From assembly GCA_965222575.1 (NCBI GenBank), contig OZ244958.1:960001-1024000 (forward strand): 64,000 nt of DNA, given 5' to 3'. Both the position numbers and the translations under genes were made by a program. The stretch comes from Alphaproteobacteria bacterium. GTDB lineage: Bacteria > Pseudomonadota > Alphaproteobacteria > G965222575. Positions 27,808 to 37,665 of this stretch are shown in pieces. The notes under the pieces are model-generated. The model saw only the letters and a list, made by a program, of their open reading frames with translations, was not told the origin of the DNA and ran no database searches. How positions within the stretch are numbered: the stretch's first letter is position 1; every line of letters begins with the position of its first letter.

Positions 27808-30138
27808 ATGAAGGAGTATTGGATTACAGCAAGTGAGATTGTAAAGAGGCAATTGCCGGGGCTACCGACAAGTCGACGGGGTGTGGAGTATAAAGCAAAA
27901 GCAGAAAACTGGTCTTTTCGCTCTAAGCAAGGGAAAGGCGGTGGTAAAGAATATGCTTTATCGGCGTTACCTAAAGAAGCACAAGGAGCCTATGAAGCCT
28001 TTTCACCTCCCCCTCCCTTATCAGGTGAAAAATGGCATGATTTCAACGTAGCTGCTGACCAAAAGGTTGAAAAGCAGGTCTCTGTTGATGAGATAAAACA
28101 AGCATTACTGATGAGACTTGAAGAAGTTTTATCTCATCTACTACCAAACGGAAGAATGTGTGGAGAAGTCTTTCAAGTGGGAGATGTCCGTAACGGGCAA
28201 GGAAAAAGTCTAAAAGTAGAACTCAATAGTGGCAAGGCTGGTTTATGGCATGATTTTGCCACAGGTGAAGGAGGAGATATTTTACATTTGTGGGCGATTT
28301 GCAAAGGACTAGATGTTAGCACACAGTTTTCTCAAGTGCTGGAGTCGGCTAAGGAATGGCTAGGGTATTCTGTGTATAACAGGAAGGTAGAGACTAAGAG
28401 AAAAAGATGGGCGTATTGTGATACAGAGGGGCAGGTATTAGCAACTGTGTATCGGCAGGAGACAAAGGAAGGCAAGCGTTTCTTTGTGCAAGATGCGAGG
28501 ACACTAGAATACAAAGCTCCCACTCCCCGTCCTTTGTACAACCAGCAAGGGATAAAGGCTAGCAAGCAGGTTGTTTTGGTAGAAGGAGAGAAGTGTGCGG
28601 ATGCGTTAATAGGACAAGGGATATGCGCAACCACGGCTATGGGAGGGTCTGGTGCGTCAATGGAAAAAACAGACTGGTCTCCGTTACAGGATAAGGATGT
28701 TGTGATATGGCCTGACAACGACGTCTGTGGGCGTGGGTTTGCTAAGAAGGTGAGTGAGTACTTAAAAGGGAAAGAGGTTGCGTCTGTGGTGATTTTAAGC
28801 GTCCCTGTAGGCAAAGCTGAAAAATGGGATGCTGCCGATGCAGTAGAGGAGGGATTTGATATCAAAACTTTCTTAGAGTCTGCACAGATAGCGAGGGATG
28901 TGCCTGCTATACCTTACTATTTCAGAGAAGATTACCTTACTGATAGATCTGCTATGCCTGCGGACTTGATAGCGCCCCGTGTGTTAACGCCGGAAGGGTT
29001 GCTAGTGTTTGGGGGGGCTCCTAAAGTGGGAAAAAGCGATTTTCTGATAGCATTACTATCGCATATGGCGGCTGGGATATCGTTTTTGAATATGAAGCCT
29101 ATGCGTCCGTTGCGTGTCTTTTATCTTCAGATGGAGATTGGCTATCACTATCTCAGAGAGCGCTTGCAGTCGAAGGTGTATGACACGGACGCACTACTGC
29201 CCGCAAACAAGAATCTTGTCATTACACCGCAAGCAACAATGCTTCTTAATGAGGAGGGGGTTAAAATGGTGACAGCCACCATAAGGCAGTGTTTTCCTAA
29301 AGAACCTGTGGATATTATTGCTATAGACCCTTTGCGGTGTGTGTTTGATGGAGGTTCACAGGAGTCTTCTGAGAATGACAACACGGCCATGATGTTTTTT
29401 CTTCAAAACAGGCTTGGGGACTTGAGGAGGGGTGTCAATGCTAAAGCCGGGATTATTTTAACGCACCACACCCGCAAGATGGTGAAGAAGCAGTTTGAGG
29501 AAGAGCCTTTTCAGGCCTTTAGCGGAGCCAGTGCTTTGCGCGCATTTTACACTACAGGGATGGTATTATTTCGTCCTGATGAAGAGAGGGCGGAGCGCGT
29601 TTTGTCCTTTGAATTGCGTAATGGTGAAGCAATTGATACGAAGTTTGTGCATAAACAAAGCGGAAAATGGTTTGAGTTAGACAAAAGAGAGGTTCGTTTT
29701 AGTGGTCAAAAGCAGGGGGAGAAGCAGGATACTGAGCGTGTGCGCAAACATGATGTGATTGTGCATATTTTGTTGGAAGAGGCAAGAAAAGGGCGGATTT
29801 ACACACTGAATCAATTTGGAGAAGTATTTGAAGGAGGCAATGGGTTAGGAAGCAAGGATTCTATTAGAAGGCGCCTAGATGTTTTATGTACTAATGGAGA
29901 GGTGAAATTTATAAGAGAAGCAATTAGTGGTTTGAAAACGCCTAGGAGGTCTTCCAGTGGATTTTTATGTGTGAAGAATATGAGACTAGGACTTATGGAA
30001 TCTGTGTATCATCCGAAGACAGGGGAAAAGATTGGTCTTTATCAATCACTTTATCCTACACATTTTAAGTGTTCTAGTACAGGGGCTTTGTTACCTGTTG
30101 AAGACCGCAAGCAATGGGTTGAGAGGAAGAAAAATTGA
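27808..30138 (+). CDS. Primase-helicase (Toprim plus AAA_25/RepA-type) with N-terminal Mu-type DNA-binding domain
   Basis: ATG 27808; LPGLPTSRRGV..KAKAENW..R...GGGKEYALSALP, then WHDFATGEGGD, LVEGEKCAD, IWPDND, GGAPKVGKS, IDPL, HHTRK. Confidence 0.88.
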   Translation: MKEYWITASEIVKRQLPGLPTSRRGVEYKAKAENWSFRSKQGKGGGKEYALSALPKEAQGAYEAFSPPPPLSGEKWHDFNVAADQKVEKQVSVDEIKQALLMRLEEVLSHLLPNGRMCGEVFQVGDVRNGQGKSLKVELNSGKAGLWHDFATGEGGDILHLWAICKGLDVSTQFSQVLESAKEWLGYSVYNRKVETKRKRWAYCDTEGQVLATVYRQETKEGKRFFVQDARTLEYKAPTPRPLYNQQGIKASKQVVLVEGEKCADALIGQGICATTAMGGSGASMEKTDWSPLQDKDVVIWPDNDVCGRGFAKKVSEYLKGKEVASVVILSVPVGKAEKWDAADAVEEGFDIKTFLESAQIARDVPAIPYYFREDYLTDRSAMPADLIAPRVLTPEGLLVFGGAPKVGKSDFLIALLSHMAAGISFLNMKPMRPLRVFYLQMEIGYHYLRERLQSKVYDTDALLPANKNLVITPQATMLLNEEGVKMVTATIRQCFPKEPVDIIAIDPLRCVFDGGSQESSENDNTAMMFFLQNRLGDLRRGVNAKAGIILTHHTRKMVKKQFEEEPFQAFSGASALRAFYTTGMVLFRPDEERAERVLSFELRNGEAIDTKFVHKQSGKWFELDKREVRFSGQKQGEKQDTERVRKHDVIVHILLEEARKGRIYTLNQFGEVFEGGNGLGSKDSIRRRLDVLCTNGEVKFIREAISGLKTPRRSSSGFLCVKNMRLGLMESVYHPKTGEKIGLYQSLYPTHFKCSSTGALLPVEDRKQWVERKKN

Positions 30139-30150
30139 CATGGCGGGCTT

Positions 30151-30192
30151 CCTACTAGTGGGTCCCCCGCTAGCGGGTTTCTCACTAGTGAG
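30151..30192. repeat. Three 12-bp CTAG-centred palindromes at a 15-bp period (candidate origin iterons)
   Basis: cctactagtggg at 30151 (imperfect), cccgctagcggg at 30166, ctcactagtgag at 30181. Confidence 0.75.
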
Positions 30193-30238
30193 TTTCCCAC
30201 AGAGAAAAAGCCCTAAAGGGTCACATTCCGTTTAGGGT

Positions 30239-31006
30239 TTATTCAACTATTTTATAACGATTTGATTTAATTAGGGTAATACTATTATAGTTATCAGTAT
30301 CTTTGAAGCCGTATTGCCAGAGACAATACAGCTCTTCCCTCTTCTCAAAAAAAACTAAAGAAACAGGCTTGCTTGTTTGTTGTTGCCACTGACGGAATGG
30401 ATAATATATCTGTCGAATTATTATATTGTTTGTATTAGAATTCTTTGCTTCGACTAAAAGAACATTGTTTTTGCCCTCATATCCAGCATCAATCTCTGTT
30501 TGAACACTTTTCACACAGAGACGTTGTTGATATTTGCCAGCAAGAAATGAAAACTTAGGTGTAAATTTTCGCCCTCTTATTGTGAGAATCAGAGTAGAAT
30601 CTCCCATAAATCTACGAATTAAACTCGTTGCGTAAGCATAGTCTAAATGTTGCATCTCAGAATTTCCAACTTGAGAAGTATCTGGAGAAAATGAAAGTTG
30701 CGACTTATACCGCAGTATTTCAGTATCAATGTCAGGAATATCTATATATCCTTCGCCTTTAATAATGGCATATATTCCATTTTTTATCGGAAGAATAAAA
30801 AGGTCATTTTCTTGAAAGATTTGAGGGCGATCATGACGAGAATCCTGCTTACATAAGAGACGAACTTCTTTATCTCCTGTATCAGTAAAATTTTGACAAG
30901 CTTTCTTTATTGCTTTGTTATCAATAGTAAAAGGCTCACGAGAAAAATCATGATCGATAACTTTATGATCATCAAAAATTTTTGCCCATGATTCATCCGC
31001 AGCCAT
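30239..31006 (-). CDS. Putative type II restriction endonuclease
   Basis: TEIDAGYEG...LVEAK PD-(D/E)XK-like motif; directly downstream of an adenine methyltransferase. Confidence 0.7.
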   Translation of the reverse strand: MAADESWAKIFDDHKVIDHDFSREPFTIDNKAIKKACQNFTDTGDKEVRLLCKQDSRHDRPQIFQENDLFILPIKNGIYAIIKGEGYIDIPDIDTEILRYKSQLSFSPDTSQVGNSEMQHLDYAYATSLIRRFMGDSTLILTIRGRKFTPKFSFLAGKYQQRLCVKSVQTEIDAGYEGKNNVLLVEAKNSNTNNIIIRQIYYPFRQWQQQTSKPVSLVFFEKREELYCLWQYGFKDTDNYNSITLIKSNRYKIVE

Positions 31007-31022
31007 TTACTTTTATCCCTTA

Positions 31023-31949
31023 TTATGGATAATTCCTAATGATCAGCTCAGTTACCTTGCCTCTTTGGTCTCCTTTACAAGAAACAGACCTAGAAGCACT
31101 GACAACATCCATATGGTACGCATGGTATAGAGACCTGACAAATCGGGTAGCGCTGTTGGAAAGAAGAAAATGTGATCCTTGAGAATTGATCTTATCACAG
31201 AATGTTGCAAGATTTTCATGGTCTTTATGGCCAAATCCTGCTCCATTATATTGGTCGTATGTTTGATGATAGGGAGGATCAAGGTAGTACAATGCATTTT
31301 TGCATGGGGTCAATTTCATAAAATCGTGCTGGTATATTTCTGTTCCTTGTAGGGCTTTTGAGCAATTTCTTAAATTGCTTTCGTCTAGTATTGATGGATT
31401 TGTGTATGAGCCAATGGGAACATTAAACTCTCCCTTTTTGTTCACTCTGTATAGTCCATTAAAACAGGTCTTATTCAAGTATATAAATGCCCCTGCTATT
31501 TTAACAGGACTTGCTTCATTGTTCAGTTCTGATCTGACTTTTTGATAGTATGCCTGACTATGTTTCTCTTTGTGCTGTTTTATCTGTTGGAGTATATCCT
31601 CTAAATGATCTCTTACAACTTGATACGTCACCATGAGATGAAAATTTATATCGGATAGATAGGCTTTTTTGGGCTTTATCTCAAAAAACACTGCGCCACC
31701 ACCAACAAACGGTTCAAAGTAATTATCTTTGAACTTACTCATATTTATATATTTTTTCATTTCTTCAAGTATAGAACGTTTGCCTCCTACCCATTTCACA
31801 AATGGTTTAGTGGGAGATATGATTTTTTCCCTGTTTTGATAAGCAACCGCACTTAAAATCTCATTGAAGGTTGCTTGTATTAGCTCATGATTTTTTCTTT
31901 GGCTAGTCATATTGATTTCTAAAAAAGTTTTCCTTACCGAAGACTTCAT
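31023..31949 (-). CDS. dam: Dam-family DNA adenine methyltransferase
   Basis: KPFVKWVGGK, EPFVGGGAV, LNKTCFNGLYRVN, DPPY. Confidence 0.92.
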   Translation of the reverse strand: MKSSVRKTFLEINMTSQRKNHELIQATFNEILSAVAYQNREKIISPTKPFVKWVGGKRSILEEMKKYINMSKFKDNYFEPFVGGGAVFFEIKPKKAYLSDINFHLMVTYQVVRDHLEDILQQIKQHKEKHSQAYYQKVRSELNNEASPVKIAGAFIYLNKTCFNGLYRVNKKGEFNVPIGSYTNPSILDESNLRNCSKALQGTEIYQHDFMKLTPCKNALYYLDPPYHQTYDQYNGAGFGHKDHENLATFCDKINSQGSHFLLSNSATRFVRSLYHAYHMDVVSASRSVSCKGDQRGKVTELIIRNYP

Positions 31950-32418
31950 CCATAATGAGACGGATACGGGTATTCAATCAATCGCAGTGGACATAGATAC
32001 TGCCATGGTCTGTTAGTAAGTCCCGCATTAGCCATAGCTTCTCTAACTACCATCTCCTCTTTCCTCTTTGGCATGCCTCTGGCAACGGGAAGTTTGTTCC
32101 TTCAATACCTACCTATTATCTAATAGTATCGGTGTAGCACGAAAAGTCAAAAAAAATTCAGGTAGACTCTAAACAAGGGGTTTTGGTGAGTGTTTAAGAG
32201 AGGTATGGAAACGGAAAACCTATACTTAGAGATTGCGTTAGCCCAAGAGGTGCGGGCGCCTGCGCGGATACAGATTACGCCGCGTGCGGGCAAAATAACG
32301 GCAAAGAACGGTCGGGTGATGGTGGCATCTTCAAGAAATCATCACCGCGTCACCCAGCACGGGTATAGGGCTTTTCATCACGGCTACCCCTCTCTATCCA
32401 AACGGCATAGAGACTTAA

Positions 32419-32904
32419 CTATCGCCTGTTCTTATTAGTCTCAAGATGTCCTGTAGCAATCACTACTACATAAAAAGTTTTTGCTGATTCAATATCAAAA
32501 TAGAAAAGTCGTGCCTCATCAGAGAGCTTTATTTCACGCAATTCTGTATCTTTAGACAATCCTTGATAAAGCTTTAGATACTCCCCTTTGCGCGTTATTT
32601 TTTTCTTGACTTCTTTGCCAAATATGTCTCCATTGAGGTCACCAGTACTCCTGACTTTAGTTCCTATTATGTTCAACACTACCAGAGCTTTCTTTGCGTC
32701 CTGGATTTTGAGGTTCTGCTTGATATCCCATCGGCTATCAGTGTTATATTTAGAGAAGGAAACTCTATACAGGCCCTCTTCATCAAGAAGCTGACTAGTG
32801 GTAAGAGACTTGGATAGTCGATTACTAGTATTAGTGTCTGTAAGAGATACTTTTTTATTAAGCTTTTTGTTTTTCGACTTGCGTTTTTTTGAGTTTCTCG
32901 CCAT
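32419..32904 (-). CDS. Putative toxin partner of the Panacea antitoxin (RelE-like C-terminus)
   Basis: Overlaps the antitoxin 3' end; basic N-terminus; LREIKLSDEARLFYF...FYVVVI. Confidence 0.55.
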   Translation of the reverse strand: MARNSKKRKSKNKKLNKKVSLTDTNTSNRLSKSLTTSQLLDEEGLYRVSFSKYNTDSRWDIKQNLKIQDAKKALVVLNIIGTKVRSTGDLNGDIFGKEVKKKITRKGEYLKLYQGLSKDTELREIKLSDEARLFYFDIESAKTFYVVVIATGHLETNKNRR

Positions 32905-33352
32905 AAAACTCCTTCATTGTCTCATTGGTTATGATAATACCAGAAGGTTCAGTGGCATCCAACCCCTCCCTTGCTTTTTGCCACGGTTTCTCATAATGAG
33001 AAAGAGTCTCAAGGTACTGAGCATCAAAGGAGCCGTAAATGTTCCACACTTCACGAATCAGCTTCTTGCCTTCTTGAGGTATATCGATATCCTTTTCTGC
33101 TACTTCTACTTCAATAGGATTGAAGCCGTGCTTTGCATACTCACGATACAAATTCGCCACCGCAGGACCATGTACCCATGCTTGTATAGGGTCCTCAAAA
33201 AGACTCTTGTCATTAAGCACTAAAGACCACGCTTGCGCATAATAGACAAGCTTCTGAAGTTTTTTATTGGTGAGTCTTTTCCCTTCTTTATGGGCAAGGT
33301 ATATGAAATACTTTGCACAATGAAAAACTTTTCCTTTTCTTTCTTCGCTCAT
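32858..33352 (-). CDS. Panacea (DUF4065/SocA-like) antitoxin
   Basis: LTNKKLQKLVYYAQ, IQAWVHGP, LSHYEKPW. Confidence 0.88.
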   Translation of the reverse strand: MSEERKGKVFHCAKYFIYLAHKEGKRLTNKKLQKLVYYAQAWSLVLNDKSLFEDPIQAWVHGPAVANLYREYAKHGFNPIEVEVAEKDIDIPQEGKKLIREVWNIYGSFDAQYLETLSHYEKPWQKAREGLDATEPSGIIITNETMKEFYGEKLKKTQVEKQKA

Positions 33353-33672
33353 AGTAACCTCTCATCCATGCAGCTATAAACAATCTTAGATTAAGTATAT
33401 GGCGTAAACAATAAAAATAAAAAAAATATGTATAAACAATAAAGTGAAAAATAGATACCTTATAAGAGGTGCTTATGGAAGCCTTATTACCAGTAGTAAT
33501 ACATGAGATCACCAAATCACTGCCCTTATCCGGACATGGAGGGATATGCCTTTATTTTCTTACAAGGTGGTAAATTCTAAGCGGTACATATACGGTACAC
33601 GAAGGTCTTATTGTCACTTTTACGCATTCCAGAGATTTCTCCTAACTCTCTGTTTTTCATAGAGAAAATCGG

Positions 33673-33745
33673 TGCCGATAGCAGGATTCGAACCTGCGAC
33701 CCCCGCATTACGAATGCGATGCTCTACCAACTGAGCTACATCGGC
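33673..33745 (-). tRNA. tRNA-Thr(CGT)
   Basis: GCCGATGTAGCTCAGTTGGTAGAGCATCGCATTCGTAATGCGGGGGTCGCAGGTTCGAATCCTGCTATCGGCA; followed by CCG rather than CCA. Confidence 0.97.
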
Positions 33746-33748
33746 ATC

Positions 33749-36700
33749 CTAACTACAGCCTGTTGTTGAACCACAGGTTGTACATTTCAAACAGGTGCCA
33801 TTCCTTAACATGGTGAAATTTCCACATTCCTCACACTTATCTCCGCAATAACCCTGTGTTTTCGCTTGATGAATCACCTGTACAAGAGACGGTGATAAAT
33901 CCTTCAAGACCTCCTTGACATCACTACCAGATGGTAACAGCGCCGTTGCCGCCTTCAAAACATTGTCTTCTTGCCTCCCTCCTAACACTACCCTAAGAGG
34001 GCTTCTTGTAAAACCTGTCGAAACAGCAGGATTCACTCTATCTTTAGAATCTACAACACGTCCTAAAGCATCATGACGCAAATCCTCTTTCTCTATGGCT
34101 GTTGATAAATCATGACGACCCAAATAACTCACAGCTAGTTCTCGGAAAATATAATCCAACACACTAGTAGCCATCTTAATCTTGTCATTTCCCGTCACAA
34201 CGCCCGAGGGCTCAAACCTCGTGAAAATAAAAGCGTCTACAAACTCCTCCAACGGTACCCCATACTGAAGACCAATGGAAATGGCTATGGCAAAATTGTT
34301 CATTAAACTTCTAAAGGCCGCTCCCTCCTTATGCATGTCAATAAATACCTCTCCTAGACTCCCATCTTCATATTCTCCAGCATGCAAATACACCTTGTGA
34401 TGGCCTACAGAGGCCTTTTGAATGTAGCCTTTACGCCTGTCAGGAAGACCTAAACGTTGACCCCGCAATGTTCCTCCCCCCCCTATGGCAACGGCAGGGA
34501 CTTTATCCGTACGACTGGATGAGAAAAATGTTGCATCTTCCTCCTCTTCCAGAAGAACAGATGCTAAAGGCTGTGAGAGTTTAGAACTGTCTCTGTATAA
34601 AGCATTAGCCTTTAATCCAAGCTTCCATGACAAAAAGTACGCCTTGGAGCATTCCTCAATAGAGGCAGAGTAAGGCATATTGATGGTCTTGGAGATGGCC
34701 CCGCTGATAAAAGGCTGAGCTGCCGCTACCATGCGAATGTGACTCTCTGTAGACAGAAAACGCTTCCCCTTGCGCCCACAAGGATTCGCACAATCAAAAA
34801 CCTTCAAGTCTCTTTCCTTGAGATGAGGGGCTCCCTCTAAAGTCATTGCCCCACAGGTATAAATGTTAGCAGCCTCAATCTCTTCTTTTGAAAATCCTAA
34901 GGCTTTCAGAAGACAAAAGTCTTTTTTGTATAAATCCGAAGCCTTAAGCCCTAGCGTTTCTACACAAAATTTTTCTCCTAATTTGTGGACTGTGAACACA
35001 AAGCGAATATCAAAAGCCTCTTTGAGTTGGCTTTCTACCGCTTCTAAAGAGGCTTTATGGAATCCCTTGTCTTGTAGTGCTAAGTGATCTATAGCAGGTG
35101 ACTGCTTCAAAGTCCCATGACCTGTGCCATACAGACAAATTTCCTCTCTTTGCTTTTGAGAATATCCCAACACGTTCAGTGCTTCTCTTACGGAAGAGTT
35201 GATAATTTTGAAATAGCCTCCTCCTGCTAGCTTTTTGAACTTTACCATTGCAAAGTCTGGTTCAATGCCTGTTGTTGCGCAATCCATGAGCAAGCCAATA
35301 GTCCCCGTTGGTGCAATCACGGAAACTTGAGCATTCCTGTACCCATGAGCTTTACCGGTTTTTAGCGCTTCTTGCCACGCTGTCTTTGCCGCCTTGACAA
35401 TGTCTTGAAACATATCCTGAGGGACAAGAACAGGGAGAACGTCTAACCCTTCATAGCCCTCTTCTTTGCCTTCAATAGCCCTAAGATGATTGCGAAGAAC
35501 CCGTAGCATAGGAGATTTATTGCTTGCAAATCCCGGGAAAGCCCCAATTTCTTTGGCTATCTGCGCCGAGGTGTTATAAGCAACCCCTGACATAAGAGCT
35601 GTTATTGCGCCGCATAAGGCTCTTGCTTCCTCAGAATCATACCCTAAGGCCTGTTCCATTACTAAGGCTCCAATGTTAGCATACCCTATGCCGAGTGTTC
35701 GAAATTTGTAAGATAATTCTGCAATCTTTTGAGAAGGGAACTGCGCCATGGCTACAGAAATTTCAAGGGCAATTGTCCAAAAAATTGTCGCATGGGAAAA
35801 GGCCTCAGTATCAAAAAGCGTCTCCCCCTTGCCCTTGAACTTCAAGAGATTCAAAGACGCTAGATTACAGGCGGTATCATCTAAAAACATGTACTCAGAG
35901 CAAGGATTAGACGCATTAATCCTGCCGCTGTTAGAACAAGTATGCCACTGGTTAATTGTGGTATCGAATTGTACCCCCGGGTCAGCGCAGCTCCAAGCAG
36001 ACTGGCACATAGCATCCCAAATGTCTCGTGCTGGTAAAACAAGGGCAATCGTGTTGTCCGTCCTGTTGAGTAAAAACCAGTTGCTACCGGTTTCTACCGC
36101 CTTGAGAAACTCATTTGTTACCCGTATGGAATTATTGGAGTTTTGACCCGATACAGTGTAATAGGCTTCATCATCCCACTCAGCGTTAAATACAGGGAAT
36201 TCTATCTGTTTTATCCCCTGTTTTCGGAGTTCTATGACCCGTTTGATGTAGTTTTCTGGAATCATGGCGGCTTTCGCTTCCCGTATGGCGTTTTTGAGCG
36301 CTGTATTGTACGCTGGGTCAAAACAGTTTTCTCCCGTGCAAGCGCTCATGATAGCGTTGAGGTGTTGCTGACACAGCTTAGAGCCTGCGACTAAAGAGGC
36401 GACCTTTTGCTCCTCTTTGGTTTTCCAGCCGATAAATTCCATGATATCAGGATGATCTACGTCTACAATGACCATTTTTGCCGCGCGACGGGTGGTGCCA
36501 CCGGACTTGATAGCCCCTGCTGCTCTATCTCCTATTTTCAGAAAACTCATCATGCCAGAAGAGGCGCCTCCTCCTGAGAGAACCTCCCCTTTGCCCCGTA
36601 ACTTGGAAAAATTTGTGCCTGTTCCAGAGCCATATTTGAAAATCCGCGCTTCTCTCGTCCATAAATCCATAATACCGCCCTCGTTCACCAGATCATCGTC

Positions 36701-37312
36701 TATGGACTGAATGAAACAGGCATGAGGCTGAGGGCGCTCATAGGCATTAGAAGAGACCTTGATGCGCTCTGTTTTCGGGTCTACATAATAATGTCCTTGC
36801 GCTTTGCCTGTTATGTTGTAGGCCCAATGAAGACCTGTATTAAACCACTGAGGAGAGTTTGGAGCTGCTATTTGGTGTGCTAGCATGTAACGCATCTCAT
36901 CGTAAAAGATGCGGGCGTCTTCCTCTGTATCAAACAGGTGACTCTTCCAGCCCCAATAGGCCCATGTCCCACACAAACGATGAAACACTTGCTTAGCACT
37001 TGTTTCACTTCTGTAACGTTCCTCCGGTGGAAGTAAAGATAACGCCTTCTCGTCGGCTTCTTGACGATACAAAAAAGCGGGAACGCCTTTTTCCTTCACA
37101 GGCTTTAATACTGAGGGAATGCCGGCTTTGCGAAAGTATTTTTGGGCTAAAATATCCGTAGCAACCGTGGACCAGAAAGAGGGTACTTCCACATTGTCCA
37201 TACAAAACACAATTGTGCCGTTAGGGTTTTGTATTTTTGAACAGACCTTGACAAAAGAGATAGTCCCATAAGCATCTCTCCCAGCAGTGGTGTAGTAACG
37301 ATGCATCTTCAT
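33749..37312 (-). CDS. nrdJ: Vitamin B12-dependent (class II) ribonucleotide reductase
   Basis: [31 protein letters not shown]-terminal CEEC...[11 protein letters not shown]. Confidence 0.96.
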   Translation of the reverse strand: MKMHRYYTTAGRDAYGTISFVKVCSKIQNPNGTIVFCMDNVEVPSFWSTVATDILAQKYFRKAGIPSVLKPVKEKGVPAFLYRQEADEKALSLLPPEERYRSETSAKQVFHRLCGTWAYWGWKSHLFDTEEDARIFYDEMRYMLAHQIAAPNSPQWFNTGLHWAYNITGKAQGHYYVDPKTERIKVSSNAYERPQPHACFIQSIDDDLVNEGGIMDLWTREARIFKYGSGTGTNFSKLRGKGEVLSGGGASSGMMSFLKIGDRAAGAIKSGGTTRRAAKMVIVDVDHPDIMEFIGWKTKEEQKVASLVAGSKLCQQHLNAIMSACTGENCFDPAYNTALKNAIREAKAAMIPENYIKRVIELRKQGIKQIEFPVFNAEWDDEAYYTVSGQNSNNSIRVTNEFLKAVETGSNWFLLNRTDNTIALVLPARDIWDAMCQSAWSCADPGVQFDTTINQWHTCSNSGRINASNPCSEYMFLDDTACNLASLNLLKFKGKGETLFDTEAFSHATIFWTIALEISVAMAQFPSQKIAELSYKFRTLGIGYANIGALVMEQALGYDSEEARALCGAITALMSGVAYNTSAQIAKEIGAFPGFASNKSPMLRVLRNHLRAIEGKEEGYEGLDVLPVLVPQDMFQDIVKAAKTAWQEALKTGKAHGYRNAQVSVIAPTGTIGLLMDCATTGIEPDFAMVKFKKLAGGGYFKIINSSVREALNVLGYSQKQREEICLYGTGHGTLKQSPAIDHLALQDKGFHKASLEAVESQLKEAFDIRFVFTVHKLGEKFCVETLGLKASDLYKKDFCLLKALGFSKEEIEAANIYTCGAMTLEGAPHLKERDLKVFDCANPCGRKGKRFLSTESHIRMVAAAQPFISGAISKTINMPYSASIEECSKAYFLSWKLGLKANALYRDSSKLSQPLASVLLEEEEDATFFSSSRTDKVPAVAIGGGGTLRGQRLGLPDRRKGYIQKASVGHHKVYLHAGEYEDGSLGEVFIDMHKEGAAFRSLMNNFAIAISIGLQYGVPLEEFVDAFIFTRFEPSGVVTGNDKIKMATSVLDYIFRELAVSYLGRHDLSTAIEKEDLRHDALGRVVDSKDRVNPAVSTGFTRSPLRVVLGGRQEDNVLKAATALLPSGSDVKEVLKDLSPSLVQVIHQAKTQGYCGDKCEECGNFTMLRNGTCLKCTTCGSTTGCS

Positions 37313-37665
37313 AGCGAATCTCTTAAGTATTAGGGATTTCTGTGAATTTTCTTAGGGGGTATTACTTACTATACGACCCTCCTAGAGGAGAAGGAAAGCT
37401 TTTTTTTCAAAACCCTTCATCCCCTATAGAAACGGGATTTTCTCTTGCAGAAAAGAGGGATTACCCCTTGTTGGAGACAGGGAGAGGAAGGCATGGGAAT
37501 CCTGCCTATTCTCTGGTTTTTTCCCCTTAGCTTCTCTGTGAGAAATCAGGAGGTCTTTTGTGTGATTCTCTCTGTCATTATCAAGGGAAAAAGGCGCAAT
37601 CTTTTTTTTATCTCTTCTTGTTAGGGTTGGTGTGTGGGATTTTTTGTGAAAGGACGGGATTGAGC

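Larger units (their letters stand above)
1..33670. mobile_element. Defective prophage adjacent to the 3' end of tRNA-Thr(CGT); left end lies outside the window
   Basis: Contains tail tube, minor tail and fibre genes, a phage replication module, a repressor/peptidase switch and R-M/TA cargo. Housekeeping genes start right after the tRNA. No integrase or att duplication seen in the window. Confidence 0.85.

Noticed and set aside
33353-33670. Integrase or att duplicate beside the tRNA
   Set aside because: No integrase ORF here, and I found no second copy of the tRNA 3' end by eye; it may lie outside the window.
37313-37660. Cobalamin riboswitch or NrdR boxes upstream of nrdJ
   Set aside because: Some inverted repeats are present, but no convincing B12-box or NrdR consensus could be identified.
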